From: a virus
Taxonomy: Duplodnaviria > Caudoviricetes
Direction: 5' to 3' (one strand)
DNA length: 51,605 nucleotides
IMG/VR virus record: IMGVR_UViG_3300025120_010366
Span: 1 to 51,605 of that record
Positions within the stretch are counted from its first letter, which is position 1. Each line of letters opens with the position of its first letter. The translations under genes and the position numbers were made by a program. This document shows positions 18,983-27,749 of the stretch, in pieces. Below the pieces are notes generated by a model, which made no database searches, was not told where the DNA came from, and was given only the letters and a program-made list of their open reading frames with translations.

Positions 18983-19546
18983 TTACAAGATGTGATCTGC
19001 TATTTTTAAATCAACCAATTGTTTGGCTGTATAATATTGATCGGAAGGATTCTTAATAAATTTTGCATTCACTTCTGGAATAGACATACCTGTTGCATCT
19101 CTCAAAATTTGCATACATCTTTGTTCACAGTTTTTATTTTCTTTCATCTGTGCTTTCATATCATGCATTTTGGCATCCATGTTGTCACTGTGTTGATGAT
19201 TCATTATACCTGTGTTCTTACCAATGTAACGTTCGCCTTGTTTACCACTGGCAAATATCATAAAGCCTGCACTCATCACAGCACCAATTCCAATTGTAGA
19301 AATATGATGATAACTGTTTCTCATCACATCAATCAACGCAAATGATTCGTACAAATCTCCGCCAACTGTGTTGACGTACAGTGTCAATGTTCTCTTAGGT
19401 TTTCTGGAAAGGTTTGCAGACAGGATCCATTTGATTGCTTTGCTGACATTTTCTGCCTCAATTTCTCCGTTGAGATAGTGAACGTCATTATCAAACAGAC
19501 TTACTTCTGCTCGTTCGTCTGCACTGTAATTTTCGTATTTCTTCAT
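18983..19546 (-). CDS. clpP: ClpP-like serine protease
   Basis: YLNGEI, YVNTVGGD, GAVMSAG (Ser), IMNHQ (His), DQY (candidate Asp). Confidence 0.8.
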   Translation of the reverse strand: MKKYENYSADERAEVSLFDNDVHYLNGEIEAENVSKAIKWILSANLSRKPKRTLTLYVNTVGGDLYESFALIDVMRNSYHHISTIGIGAVMSAGFMIFASGKQGERYIGKNTGIMNHQHSDNMDAKMHDMKAQMKENKNCEQRCMQILRDATGMSIPEVNAKFIKNPSDQYYTAKQLVDLKIADHIL

Positions 19547-19605
19547 AATATACTGCTATTTATATTTTTTGGTTCCAAACGAAATATAGTAGCAGTTTAT
19601 GAAAT

Positions 19606-20070
19606 TTATTGTGTTTGTGTCCAGACTTGATTGGACAGTTCTTTGTCCTCAGCCCATCTAATAAACAGTCCTAATTCTTTTCCGTGTGCTTCTATTTCCC
19701 AGGGAAGATCCCAATAATTTGTGCTTTTATCGATGATGTTGTTTTGCCATCTGGTTGAATTGGATCTGGATAGATCCACTAGTTCACCTTTAGAATATTG
19801 TTTCACGTGCACCATTTCGTGTGCTATGGTCTCCATCATTCTGCGTCTGGATCCTGTGCTGTCGACTGTGATAGTGAATTCTTTTGGATTATGATTGGAA
19901 TCGTCGAAATCAACCTCACCTAATAAACCATCTTCCTTATACAGTGATTTTGAAAATTCAATATCAATCACAACTGAATCTTTAATTTTTAATTTATCTG
20001 CACAATATTGCACAAGACTTTCAGTTAAGTCCGTGATTTTTCTATTCGTGCCCGAAACTGTGACAATCAT
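19606..20070 (-). CDS. Zincin-like metallopeptidase
   Basis: AHEMVHVKQ (HExxH) and PWEIEA. Confidence 0.8.
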   Translation of the reverse strand: MIVTVSGTNRKITDLTESLVQYCADKLKIKDSVVIDIEFSKSLYKEDGLLGEVDFDDSNHNPKEFTITVDSTGSRRRMMETIAHEMVHVKQYSKGELVDLSRSNSTRWQNNIIDKSTNYWDLPWEIEAHGKELGLFIRWAEDKELSNQVWTQTQ

Positions 20071-20234
20071 TATGCGTTTGCAATTTCCATAGCCATCTGT
20101 TGTATTTCTTCTACAAGAAAATTAATTTCTTCTTCAGGCTTTTTGTCAACAACTGCTTTTTCTACTTCCATGCTTTTCTGTTTCATGGCAGTCAGTTTCA
20201 CTTTGATGTCTTGTATATTATGATATTTCAACAT
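20070..20234 (-). CDS. Small hypothetical protein (54 aa, not in ORF track)
   Basis: MLKYHNIQDIKVKL...EIANA; TTGACA-17-TATTAT 6 nt upstream; TAATG-coupled to the next gene. Confidence 0.7.
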   Translation of the reverse strand: MLKYHNIQDIKVKLTAMKQKSMEVEKAVVDKKPEEEINFLVEEIQQMAMEIANA

Positions 20235-20273
20235 AAGTTAATAATAACACAACTAGGTGTCGATGTCAAATAC

Positions 20274-20972
20274 TTATTTTTGAATTTTTGGAAATAATGC
20301 GTCTGTACAGAACACTTCAACATCTTCTTCTTTAAGTCCTAATGACTTCATTACCCTTGGAGTATGCGGATTCTGTTGTTGATTATGGCAGTAATAGTTC
20401 TGTGCTTCTGTGGTATCTTCTTCTTTTGCTGTGTTTTTGTATTCACCAATGGAATCAAAATATACTTTTAAATTTGATAATGCCATATCTACAATGGATT
20501 TGCTTTCTTCTTCACTGCTAACATTACCTGCCGCAACCATTGAACCGCTAAAAATATTTAATGCCCATTGTGGTAGTTCACGTTTTTTGCTAGGCACATA
20601 TTCTTCTACTGCTTCTTTAAACCAATCTATTAACGGGTGATCTTCTCCACCTGAACTTTTACTAAAATCATGGAAAGCACCAGTCATTTTGTTTTTACCT
20701 GCAATCACATCAAATCCATATATAGGACCATTGTTATCCAAATTAGGAAAGATACACACGTGCATCATCCATAAACCTTTAGACTCTCTAGCATCTACAA
20801 CATCTATATGACAACGTCTGCAATCTTCTGTTTGCCATACTCTATTGATCCAACCATTGTCTGGTTGATTGAATTGAGCCATGCCTTCTTCTTGTATTTC
20901 TTTACCTCGAGAATCAAACTCTGTTATAATTTGTTCTTTACAGTCTATTAATGTGTCCCAAATAATACTCAT
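20274..20972 (-). CDS. pcyX: Ferredoxin-dependent bilin reductase (PcyX/PcyA family)
   Basis: RRCHID, MMHVCIFP, PIYGFD, FHDFS, RELPQWA..IFS, QNYYCHNQQQNPHT; next to a heme oxygenase. PcyX versus PcyA cannot be resolved by eye. Confidence 0.8.
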   Translation of the reverse strand: MSIIWDTLIDCKEQIITEFDSRGKEIQEEGMAQFNQPDNGWINRVWQTEDCRRCHIDVVDARESKGLWMMHVCIFPNLDNNGPIYGFDVIAGKNKMTGAFHDFSKSSGGEDHPLIDWFKEAVEEYVPSKKRELPQWALNIFSGSMVAAGNVSSEEESKSIVDMALSNLKVYFDSIGEYKNTAKEEDTTEAQNYYCHNQQQNPHTPRVMKSLGLKEEDVEVFCTDALFPKIQK

Positions 20973-21160
20973 GATATGAATGGATCGTCGGTCTCTATAC
21001 CTTTCAATGCTTTTACTCTTGTTTCTAAACTGTCTATTGTTGTATAGATATGTCCTGTATCAGTTTCTTGAATTAAACTTTTAAAATATTTGATTTCGTC
21101 TTCTAAGATTTTAACTCTGATTAAGTTGCCTGGAAAGTCTTTATTTTTTTTCTTCGGCAT
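20969..21160 (-). CDS. Small hypothetical protein
   Basis: MPKKKNK...LEDEI...DTGHIYTTI..L..RV. Confidence 0.7.
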   Translation of the reverse strand: MPKKKNKDFPGNLIRVKILEDEIKYFKSLIQETDTGHIYTTIDSLETRVKALKGIETDDPFIS

Positions 21161-21689
21161 TGTGTAAGTCTTTGAATAATTCTGTAGCAGATTGAAAACA
21201 TAGTTTGGCTTCGTCTGCCATACTGTCATCTGTTTTATTTCTGATTCTTTCTTTAATTTCTTTAATGTCTGCTCTACCAAACTCATACATTGTGCCACTG
21301 CCTGGTGCTCTCTTTTTAATCATTTGTCCACCACTTAAATCTCCCATGTGTCTCACATAGATATGAGCCATTAATTTTTTAGGATCCTCTTTGATTGTAG
21401 CCATGTGTTGAATATATTTTTCAGTGCTAGGAGCAAGTTCTGGCATATCTTCTTTTTTCCATAGTTCTTGGAAGTCAGCCAATATACTTGGTGCTCTGCG
21501 TATTTGTGGAAAGTCATTTAATAGTCCATGCGACATTGCACAGGCTTCTAATAGATTGTATATTGCGTGTTGATTGTACAAGAACTCTGCATACAATTCT
21601 TCACTCATTTGTCCACTCATTAATACTTTAACAAATCCTTGTCGTTCAGCGTCTTGGTGTACTTCTTTTGTTAGTTCTTTCAGTCCCAT
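21141..21689 (-). CDS. hemO: Heme oxygenase
   Basis: LKELTKEVHQDAE (proximal His), AHIYVRHMGDLSGGQ, EAKLCF. Confidence 0.9.
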   Translation of the reverse strand: MGLKELTKEVHQDAERQGFVKVLMSGQMSEELYAEFLYNQHAIYNLLEACAMSHGLLNDFPQIRRAPSILADFQELWKKEDMPELAPSTEKYIQHMATIKEDPKKLMAHIYVRHMGDLSGGQMIKKRAPGSGTMYEFGRADIKEIKERIRNKTDDSMADEAKLCFQSATELFKDLHNAEEKK

Positions 21690-21832
21690 TAAAATCCTTC
21701 CGCAAACATTACCTTGGCATTTGGAAATCTACTTTCAACAATTGATTTGGCTTCTGATGCTGTTCTGCCTTCTTCTGCTACTTTCATTGGTGCTTTGTTT
21801 TCCAGTGTTACCCAAAAGTGATATTTTTTCAT
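21689..21832 (-). CDS. Small hypothetical protein (47 aa, not in ORF track)
   Basis: MKKYHFWVTLENKAPMKV...; ATGA and TAATG overlaps with clpS and hemO. Confidence 0.7.
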   Translation of the reverse strand: MKKYHFWVTLENKAPMKVAEEGRTASEAKSIVESRFPNAKVMFAEGF

Positions 21833-22134
21833 TCTTGTTCTATTTTTATTTGTAAAGGAAATCCTCGGTCTCTGCTTTCGTTAGTGGCTTCAGTTCCTTT
21901 TTGTTCTGCTAATTCATATGTATATAATCCTACTACTGCAGAACCTTCCTTGTGAATCTTGATTGTTAAGTCTTTGGCTGTTTCTAGAGTGTGTTTGAAA
22001 ATTTTAACCATAATTTCAATAACAAAATCCATTGGTGTAACTTCATCATTTAGAATGATAACGGTATAATTTTTTGGTGTTTTCAAAATCTGTTTTACTT
22101 TCGAGTCTACTTTTACTTCTAAATCAGTTGTCAT
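21829..22134 (-). CDS. clpS: N-end rule adaptor ClpS
   Basis: YTVIILNDEVTPMDFV, IHKEGSAVVG.Y..E.AE.K, FPL. Confidence 0.92.
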   Translation of the reverse strand: MTTDLEVKVDSKVKQILKTPKNYTVIILNDEVTPMDFVIEIMVKIFKHTLETAKDLTIKIHKEGSAVVGLYTYELAEQKGTEATNESRDRGFPLQIKIEQE

Positions 22135-22155
22135 ATTTCCTTCTTATTGTTAGTT

Positions 22156-22181
22156 AGGCAGGGTGTTGCCACCCTACCCAT
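22156..22181 (-). terminator. GC-rich hairpin after hsp20, probable terminator or processing stem
   Basis: GGGTAGGGTG-GCAA-CACCCTGCCT; weak U-tract. Confidence 0.55.
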
Positions 22182-22189
22182 ATTTCAAG

Positions 22190-22633
22190 TTACTTTACCT
22201 CGATTGATCTTGCTTTCTTACCTTCTGGAACAATTCTTTCCATAGATATTTTTAGCAAACCATCTTTAAGTTCTGCTCCTTTTACTTCTACATCGTCAGC
22301 AATAGTAAATGATTTTGCAAACCATCTCTTACTGATTCCTCTGTGAAGCATACCATCCACGTCTGCATCTTTAGATTTTTCCTTAGATTTAACAGTCAAC
22401 ATATTGTCTTTGTAGTCTACATCTATGTCGTCTTTTGAAAAACCTGCAAGTGCAAGTTCCACGTCATAAGTGTATTCACCAGTCTTCACTATGTTGTATG
22501 GTGGGAAGTTTGTAGCAGTCATTTGATTGAAATTGTGATCGCCCATCATTCTTTCGAAATGATCGAACACATTGTCAAATCCTACTGTTACAGGTCTTAA
22601 TTGATTGAATATAGATAGTGCTTTATTTGTCAT
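22190..22633 (-). CDS. hsp20: Small heat-shock protein Hsp20/IbpA family
   Basis: VGFD, NFPPYNI, LALAGF, LHRGIS.R.F..SF, AELKDGLL.I. Confidence 0.93.
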   Translation of the reverse strand: MTNKALSIFNQLRPVTVGFDNVFDHFERMMGDHNFNQMTATNFPPYNIVKTGEYTYDVELALAGFSKDDIDVDYKDNMLTVKSKEKSKDADVDGMLHRGISKRWFAKSFTIADDVEVKGAELKDGLLKISMERIVPEGKKARSIEVK

Positions 22634-22696
22634 CGCTTTTCCTCCTTGTTAAGCAAGTTAATGTAAATGTAAGTCCTATCAAGCAACTTACATTAT
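22634..22696 (-). ncRNA. ROSE-like RNA thermometer in the hsp20 5' UTR
   Basis: 9-bp hairpin AAUGUAAGU/ACUUACAUU, then CUUGCUU-aac-AAGGAG pairing the SD with a bulged G. Confidence 0.6.
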
Positions 22697-22753
22697 TATT
22701 TATCACCTTAATTGCTTGTGATACTGTATTATATAATAACTTACCAAGAAAAA

Positions 22754-23464
22754 TCAAGAGTCAATCCATGGATTTGTGTTATTAATTTTACCAAAATCTT
22801 TGCTTTGATATCCTTCCCTGACTTCAATTGTAAATGATTTGCCTCGTGTATCTGCTGTAAGATGATATTCAACTCCATCATATTGAACATGGCATATTAC
22901 GGGCCAGCCTTCAATTTCTTGATATTCTAGATGTATTTGATCCAAATGCAAACCATGTGGGCCAGCCTTAATCTTTTCTTCTGTATACCAAACACCCTTT
23001 TCAAAACTCTGACCAAACAGGTAATGTTTATTTTCTACTGCTAAATGGTCGGCATCAAAGGTTCCAGTCTCAATACATTTGATTCCGTATTTGCCTAATT
23101 CTTCATAACCTAATGGAATAGTGTGAATGGTGTCCTCAAATTTAAAATCTTTATCATATTGGTCAATATACAAAGTACAAGTTTCAGATAGTTCACAGCC
23201 GCTGGCGTGTGTAATATCATCATGCTCATACCAATCTTTTTCCAACTGTGCTTTTTTTGGCACTTTGTTAAGCATATTCATGTCTCTATATTCTGCAAGA
23301 TACTCACCTAATTTGACTTGTTTCTTGCTCCAATAATTATAGGCTTCTTTAGTAACATGGCCCATTACTGCTTCTCCACCATAGGCTTCGAACCTAAGTT
23401 CATAAAACTTTCTATCGTTTTTGATTTTTTCTATTAGAACTTTTTTTTGTTTAGATGTAGCCAT
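22754..23464 (-). CDS. Hypothetical protein
   Basis: 236-aa ORF; TTGACA-17-TATTAT 7 nt upstream. Confidence 0.7.
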   Translation of the reverse strand: MATSKQKKVLIEKIKNDRKFYELRFEAYGGEAVMGHVTKEAYNYWSKKQVKLGEYLAEYRDMNMLNKVPKKAQLEKDWYEHDDITHASGCELSETCTLYIDQYDKDFKFEDTIHTIPLGYEELGKYGIKCIETGTFDADHLAVENKHYLFGQSFEKGVWYTEEKIKAGPHGLHLDQIHLEYQEIEGWPVICHVQYDGVEYHLTADTRGKSFTIEVREGYQSKDFGKINNTNPWIDS

Positions 23465-23488
23465 CTAAAACATAATAACACAAATATT

Positions 23489-24133
23489 TTATTCTGTCAA
23501 TGGAGGGAAGCCGTTTAATCTTGCCAGTTCGTCATTGTCTTTTGTCATGGCAATTGAAGTGTTGAAACTCATTGATATTCTAATGCTGTCTGAAAGATTG
23601 CCGTCTACAGAATGTTTTACCCAACTTGGAAAAATTAATATGCCGCCAGTGATTGGTTTGTATGTGGCTCTTACTGCACTGATGTGATTTCTTTTTGGTA
23701 GAACTCTTGGTAAGAAAAACTCTGCATTGTCTTCTCTTTCAAAATGTATATTGCCCATGTTTTCTTTTGGTATATCAATGTAATACACACCACTCAATAT
23801 ACTGTCTCTATGATCGTGCGGATGATTGTAATCACCTTTGCTGTTGATATTCCACCAATAGTCACTAATTTGTAAGTCCATTAAGCCAGACATTTTGGTA
23901 CATTCGTTTATTGACTTTTGCACTGTCTGTATGAATCTTTCTATTGCAATAGGTCTTTCGTCTAGTATTTCAAATGATCGACTTTGCCAACCACCATAGT
24001 TAGATGCTACCTTGCCTTTCTCGTCTTGTGCTTTTAGTTTGACTACGTATTCTTTTAATTCTGAATTATTGATCTGCTTTAATTCGTCATTCCATATCAC
24101 TGTGGGAAACCATAAGTCGGCTTTCATTGGCAT
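23489..24133 (-). CDS. 2OG-Fe(II) oxygenase (TIGR02466-like)
   Basis: SNYGGWQS, WWNIN, HDH, LSGVYY, IFPSWVKH, RISMSFN. Confidence 0.87.
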   Translation of the reverse strand: MPMKADLWFPTVIWNDELKQINNSELKEYVVKLKAQDEKGKVASNYGGWQSRSFEILDERPIAIERFIQTVQKSINECTKMSGLMDLQISDYWWNINSKGDYNHPHDHRDSILSGVYYIDIPKENMGNIHFEREDNAEFFLPRVLPKRNHISAVRATYKPITGGILIFPSWVKHSVDGNLSDSIRISMSFNTSIAMTKDNDELARLNGFPPLTE

Positions 24134-24531
24134 TATAAGTTCTCCAATTCTTGTATTTTGCTAGGTAAAAAATCTAAATCATAGACTTTGTTGTTGTTAA
24201 TTAAATTGTATGCAAACGCATCACTACCATCATAGAAGAAATAACAGTTTGATTTATTAAGGATATACCCTAGTAACCATCTATCTTTAAATGTGCCATT
24301 CACATCTAATACGATAATATCAACAGTGTTCACTATTTCAATCAACCATTTGATATCTTGTTGTTCGTCTGGATCACTCACTTCAAACATATACAAATTG
24401 ATATCTTTCTTAAACATCAATGCTTTTTTGTTAAATTCTTCTTTAACTGATGTTCTAGGATTTATCATCAACACACTGGTATTGCCGTTGAACAGTTTAT
24501 CTGGTTGTGTAATTAAATTTAATTTTGGCAT
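24133..24531 (-). CDS. Hypothetical protein
   Basis: Likely start MPKLNLITQPDKL at 24531; the ORF-track extension overlaps the frameshift frame. Confidence 0.7.
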   Translation of the reverse strand: MPKLNLITQPDKLFNGNTSVLMINPRTSVKEEFNKKALMFKKDINLYMFEVSDPDEQQDIKWLIEIVNTVDIIVLDVNGTFKDRWLLGYILNKSNCYFFYDGSDAFAYNLINNNKVYDLDFLPSKIQELENL

Positions 24532-24639
24532 ACAAATAATTATGCTATTATTCGTACAGTTTCTTCCAATGTGATTTCGATGTTTGTTCTTCGTTTTGGC
24601 TGTATGATTTTGGATACACAACCTCAGTCAAGTCTGGTT

Positions 24640-26265
24640 TTATTCTTCCTGATGTTCTTTTTTGACTTGCTGGTTCCGTTCTCTCATTATGTATGAAAGA
24701 CTCTTTTTTTTTTGAAGTGCTTCTGCCTCTGCAAATGTGCCTTTAGTTGGTACAACACCAGTAATTGGTTGCCCGGTATTATCGTCTATGCCATCATTGT
24801 TTTCATCTATTGGTTCTAATTCCTGTTGTAGTTTTTCTGATTCTGTTGCCTTAGATGATTCAATGTCGTATTTTACTTCGTCTTCGTCGAAACCATCTGG
24901 TTGTGGTTGTTTAACTTCTTTTGATACTTCTTTTTCTGCTTCTTCGATCATTTGATTCCATTGTTCCAATGGCATTGGTGGCTCTGCCTCAGCCTTACGT
25001 GAATACTCTTCTAATGCTTTTAATTCTTCTTGTTCACGTTTTTTAAATTCTTCAAGTTTTTCAGCACTGGGCATTGTGGATACTGGTTTCTTTTCAGCAA
25101 TGTCGCTCAATTTAATTGTAGATTCTTTCTCCTCTGTTGTTAAAGGATTTGCTACTTGTACTTCTTTTTGTTTTTCTACAATCTTGGTTAAACTTTGACC
25201 TCCTGCAGGTGCTGGTGGTATTATAGGTGCTGTCGGCTTCTTGGGTGCCGGTGGTGTTGTAGGTGCTGGTGGCGTTTTAGGTGTTGGTGGTAATTCGCCG
25301 TGCTTTTCAATATATCTCCATCTGAATGTGTACTGCGAAGCAATCAACAATAATACTGCTAATGGGTCAAACACAAATATAATTGTTATGATTACCCATC
25401 TTACTGCTTCTTCTAATAAATTTCTATCTGCTTCTTCACCATACACAAATTCAGCAATGTATCTAATAGGACCTACTTCTGATTCTAGTTTCATCAACTG
25501 ACCTTTTAATGGTTCTTGCTCTATGATTAAAAGTTCTATTCTGCCTTGTGCATCAAATATATTTTTTTCTGTTGATTGTACAGAAACATCATTTTTATCT
25601 AAAGCATTGTTGATTTGAGCTCTTAACTTGTTAATGTTTTCTTGAGCATCCAATATCTGTTGATTAATTCTGTCTCTTTCTACTTGTTGACTTTTACGTA
25701 CTTCTAACCCACGTTTGATGTTGTCACCTTTAAACAAACCTTTACCTTGATCGGTGTATGCTTTAACATCTGCATCTAATACTTCTAGACGTCTGTAGGC
25801 ATCATCTATCTTCTTTTGCTCTATCTGGATGTCTTGGTTAAACCTATCATTACTGCCCGTGCTTTGCCCTGTTAGACGCTCTAAAACATCCTTTTGACGT
25901 TCTATATAACTGTTCTCTGCTCTTACTTTGTTGTCTATGATTTCAATTCTTTGTGTGACTGTGTCTGAGGATAAATTTTGGTCCACGTGTGCTTTGGATA
26001 AGAATCCAAATATACCCATGGAAGTAATCAGCATTAAAACGAACACTGCTATTGATAGATACGTTCGTAACCACCAAGCCGCTTTGGCCCAATACCTATG
26101 AAGCCATACAGCCGTTACCAACTTACCTACTTCTAAGGCAGTACCCATTATAATAATTGGCACAGCCGCCGCGGCAAAAATTGCCACTAGTCCAGCCACT
26201 GAGTAATAGATTGCTACACCTGATATAGTGAGTGCCGTAAGAAATGTGATAAGTCCAAATAACAT
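24640..26265 (-). CDS. Multi-TM coiled-coil protein with Pro-rich and acidic tail; probable -1 frameshift isoform ending at 24548
   Basis: YYSVAGL..IF, LEVGKLV, TSMGIFGFLSKAH, EVGPI.YIA, IIFVFDPLAV; A10G run at 24703-24713. Confidence 0.8.
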   Translation of the reverse strand: MLFGLITFLTALTISGVAIYYSVAGLVAIFAAAAVPIIIMGTALEVGKLVTAVWLHRYWAKAAWWLRTYLSIAVFVLMLITSMGIFGFLSKAHVDQNLSSDTVTQRIEIIDNKVRAENSYIERQKDVLERLTGQSTGSNDRFNQDIQIEQKKIDDAYRRLEVLDADVKAYTDQGKGLFKGDNIKRGLEVRKSQQVERDRINQQILDAQENINKLRAQINNALDKNDVSVQSTEKNIFDAQGRIELLIIEQEPLKGQLMKLESEVGPIRYIAEFVYGEEADRNLLEEAVRWVIITIIFVFDPLAVLLLIASQYTFRWRYIEKHGELPPTPKTPPAPTTPPAPKKPTAPIIPPAPAGGQSLTKIVEKQKEVQVANPLTTEEKESTIKLSDIAEKKPVSTMPSAEKLEEFKKREQEELKALEEYSRKAEAEPPMPLEQWNQMIEEAEKEVSKEVKQPQPDGFDEDEVKYDIESSKATESEKLQQELEPIDENNDGIDDNTGQPITGVVPTKGTFAEAEALQKKKSLSYIMRERNQQVKKEHQEE

Positions 26266-26300
26266 ACTGTTTCCTTTTTGTATGCTATATTTACCTATTT

Positions 26301-26732
26301 TTACCTAATAAATTGCCAACCTTGATATGCAACATCACGACAGGCAGTTTCTTTAAAGTCTCTTATTTTATCTTTCTTTTTGATTTGTGTAAAAACAACT
26401 CTACAATATCCACCACCGTGCGGATAACTTGCAACCACTTTTACGAAACCGTGTGTATCAGACTTCATATTGTGCCATGCAACCACTTTGCCTTCTTCCA
26501 AATTATCTAGAGCAAAGTACACAGCCTGATCCTGTTTCTCACGATCTTCATTGGTCAACTTGCCCATATTGTTTCGCATGAAGTTGTACCAAACTTCTAC
26601 ACCTGTACCAGCATGAGTATAATTATGACTTACACTCTTTTGACTGCTTAGGCTTTTAGTTGTGTTTGCGGTAGTTCCACAAGCAGTTAATAATAAACTA
26701 CTTAATAGGATTAACCATTTCCCACGAACCAT
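26301..26732 (-). CDS. Lipoprotein, 17-kDa surface-antigen-like C-terminal domain
   Basis: Lipobox LLTAC; AL...G...W.N...G, CR....ACR...W; start uncertain. Confidence 0.65.
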   Translation of the reverse strand: MVRGKWLILLSSLLLTACGTTANTTKSLSSQKSVSHNYTHAGTGVEVWYNFMRNNMGKLTNEDREKQDQAVYFALDNLEEGKVVAWHNMKSDTHGFVKVVASYPHGGGYCRVVFTQIKKKDKIRDFKETACRDVAYQGWQFIR

Positions 26733-27048
26733 CAAATTTTTGACAGACATATCCTTTTTTCCTTATCCATTGTTGACTGATGTACATTTCAAACCAATAT
26801 TCTTTGCATTCTTTGGCTATACCTGAATATGCCAAAAAGTCTTTCGCTCCGTCATCACATACTAGAGTTTCAACTGTTTGTTTATCAACAATTTCGCCTT
26901 TAGTATTTTTTACAATAACTGTCTCTGTTTTAGCATTACAGTATTGATCCGACCATGGACCGCCTGCTTCTGCAGATGAACTGATAACAAACAGTGTTAA
27001 ACCGAGTGCTAACATAACCAGAGCGATTGCGTATAATATTGCTTTCAT
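26698..27048 (-). CDS. Secreted hypothetical protein
   Basis: Signal peptide; four Cys; C-terminal CQKFDGSWE. Confidence 0.65.
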   Translation of the reverse strand: MKAILYAIALVMLALGLTLFVISSSAEAGGPWSDQYCNAKTETVIVKNTKGEIVDKQTVETLVCDDGAKDFLAYSGIAKECKEYWFEMYISQQWIRKKGYVCQKFDGSWEMVNPIK

Positions 27049-27049
27049 A

Positions 27050-27637
27050 TTATCTCTCAGATTGTTTTAAAACCTTATCCGAAGTGTTGCTGAGTTTTAA
27101 CTTGCTTAATAACTTCTTGTTGTTTTTATCTTCAACAAGATTGATTATATTCTCAACATCTTTCTTGGATATCTTCATTAAAACAAATGATCTGTAATTG
27201 CTCTTCTCAGTGTTGTATATTGTTAATTTCTTTTCAACAGAATATGTTCTTAACACAGTCTGTTTAATCATATTAACAATTACATCTTGAGCTTCTACTG
27301 TTCCAGTCATTGACTCTGATGCACCTTTTTCTGAATAATTGATAGATGTTTTATTGTTCATCTCACCATTTATTCTATCAGTGATCTTCGCTTTTGCTTT
27401 AAGAACTGCCTTCTTCTGAGACATTTCCATATCTGGAGATACTGCTACTGCTACTGCATAATAGAAACCATCTCTAAAGATAAATCCCTCTTTGCCAGTA
27501 TCTGCGTGGTTAAGATACCAAGCCGGTACCTTCTTTGCTTTTATGTTTTCTGTTGGTAACTGTACCATTCTACCTGAACAAGCAGATAAAACAAAACCTA
27601 ATACTAGTACCATCATTATATTAATGTGCCTTTTCAT
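27050..27637 (-). CDS. Lipoprotein (LPP20-like)
   Basis: AGGAGG SD; lipobox VLSAC; VPAWY, AVAVSPD...KA...AK. Confidence 0.7.
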   Translation of the reverse strand: MKRHINIMMVLVLGFVLSACSGRMVQLPTENIKAKKVPAWYLNHADTGKEGFIFRDGFYYAVAVAVSPDMEMSQKKAVLKAKAKITDRINGEMNNKTSINYSEKGASESMTGTVEAQDVIVNMIKQTVLRTYSVEKKLTIYNTEKSNYRSFVLMKISKKDVENIINLVEDKNNKKLLSKLKLSNTSDKVLKQSER

Positions 27638-27749
27638 AAGCCTCCTTTGTAAGTTTAAAGTATATAAGAATTTGCCAAAATAGTCAAGCATTACCTACCA
27701 AAAATAAATGGCGTATTCGTTGACTTTTGCAATTAATGTTACCAAAATA

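Noticed and set aside
21141-21160. A-run at the hemO 3' end as a third frameshift site
   Set aside because: The downstream ORF has its own ATG at 21160 and lies in the +1 frame; an ordinary overlap explains it
25195-25290. GGTGCTGGTGG-like DNA repeats
   Set aside because: Explained by a Pro/Thr/Ala-rich linker (PPAP repeats) in the protein
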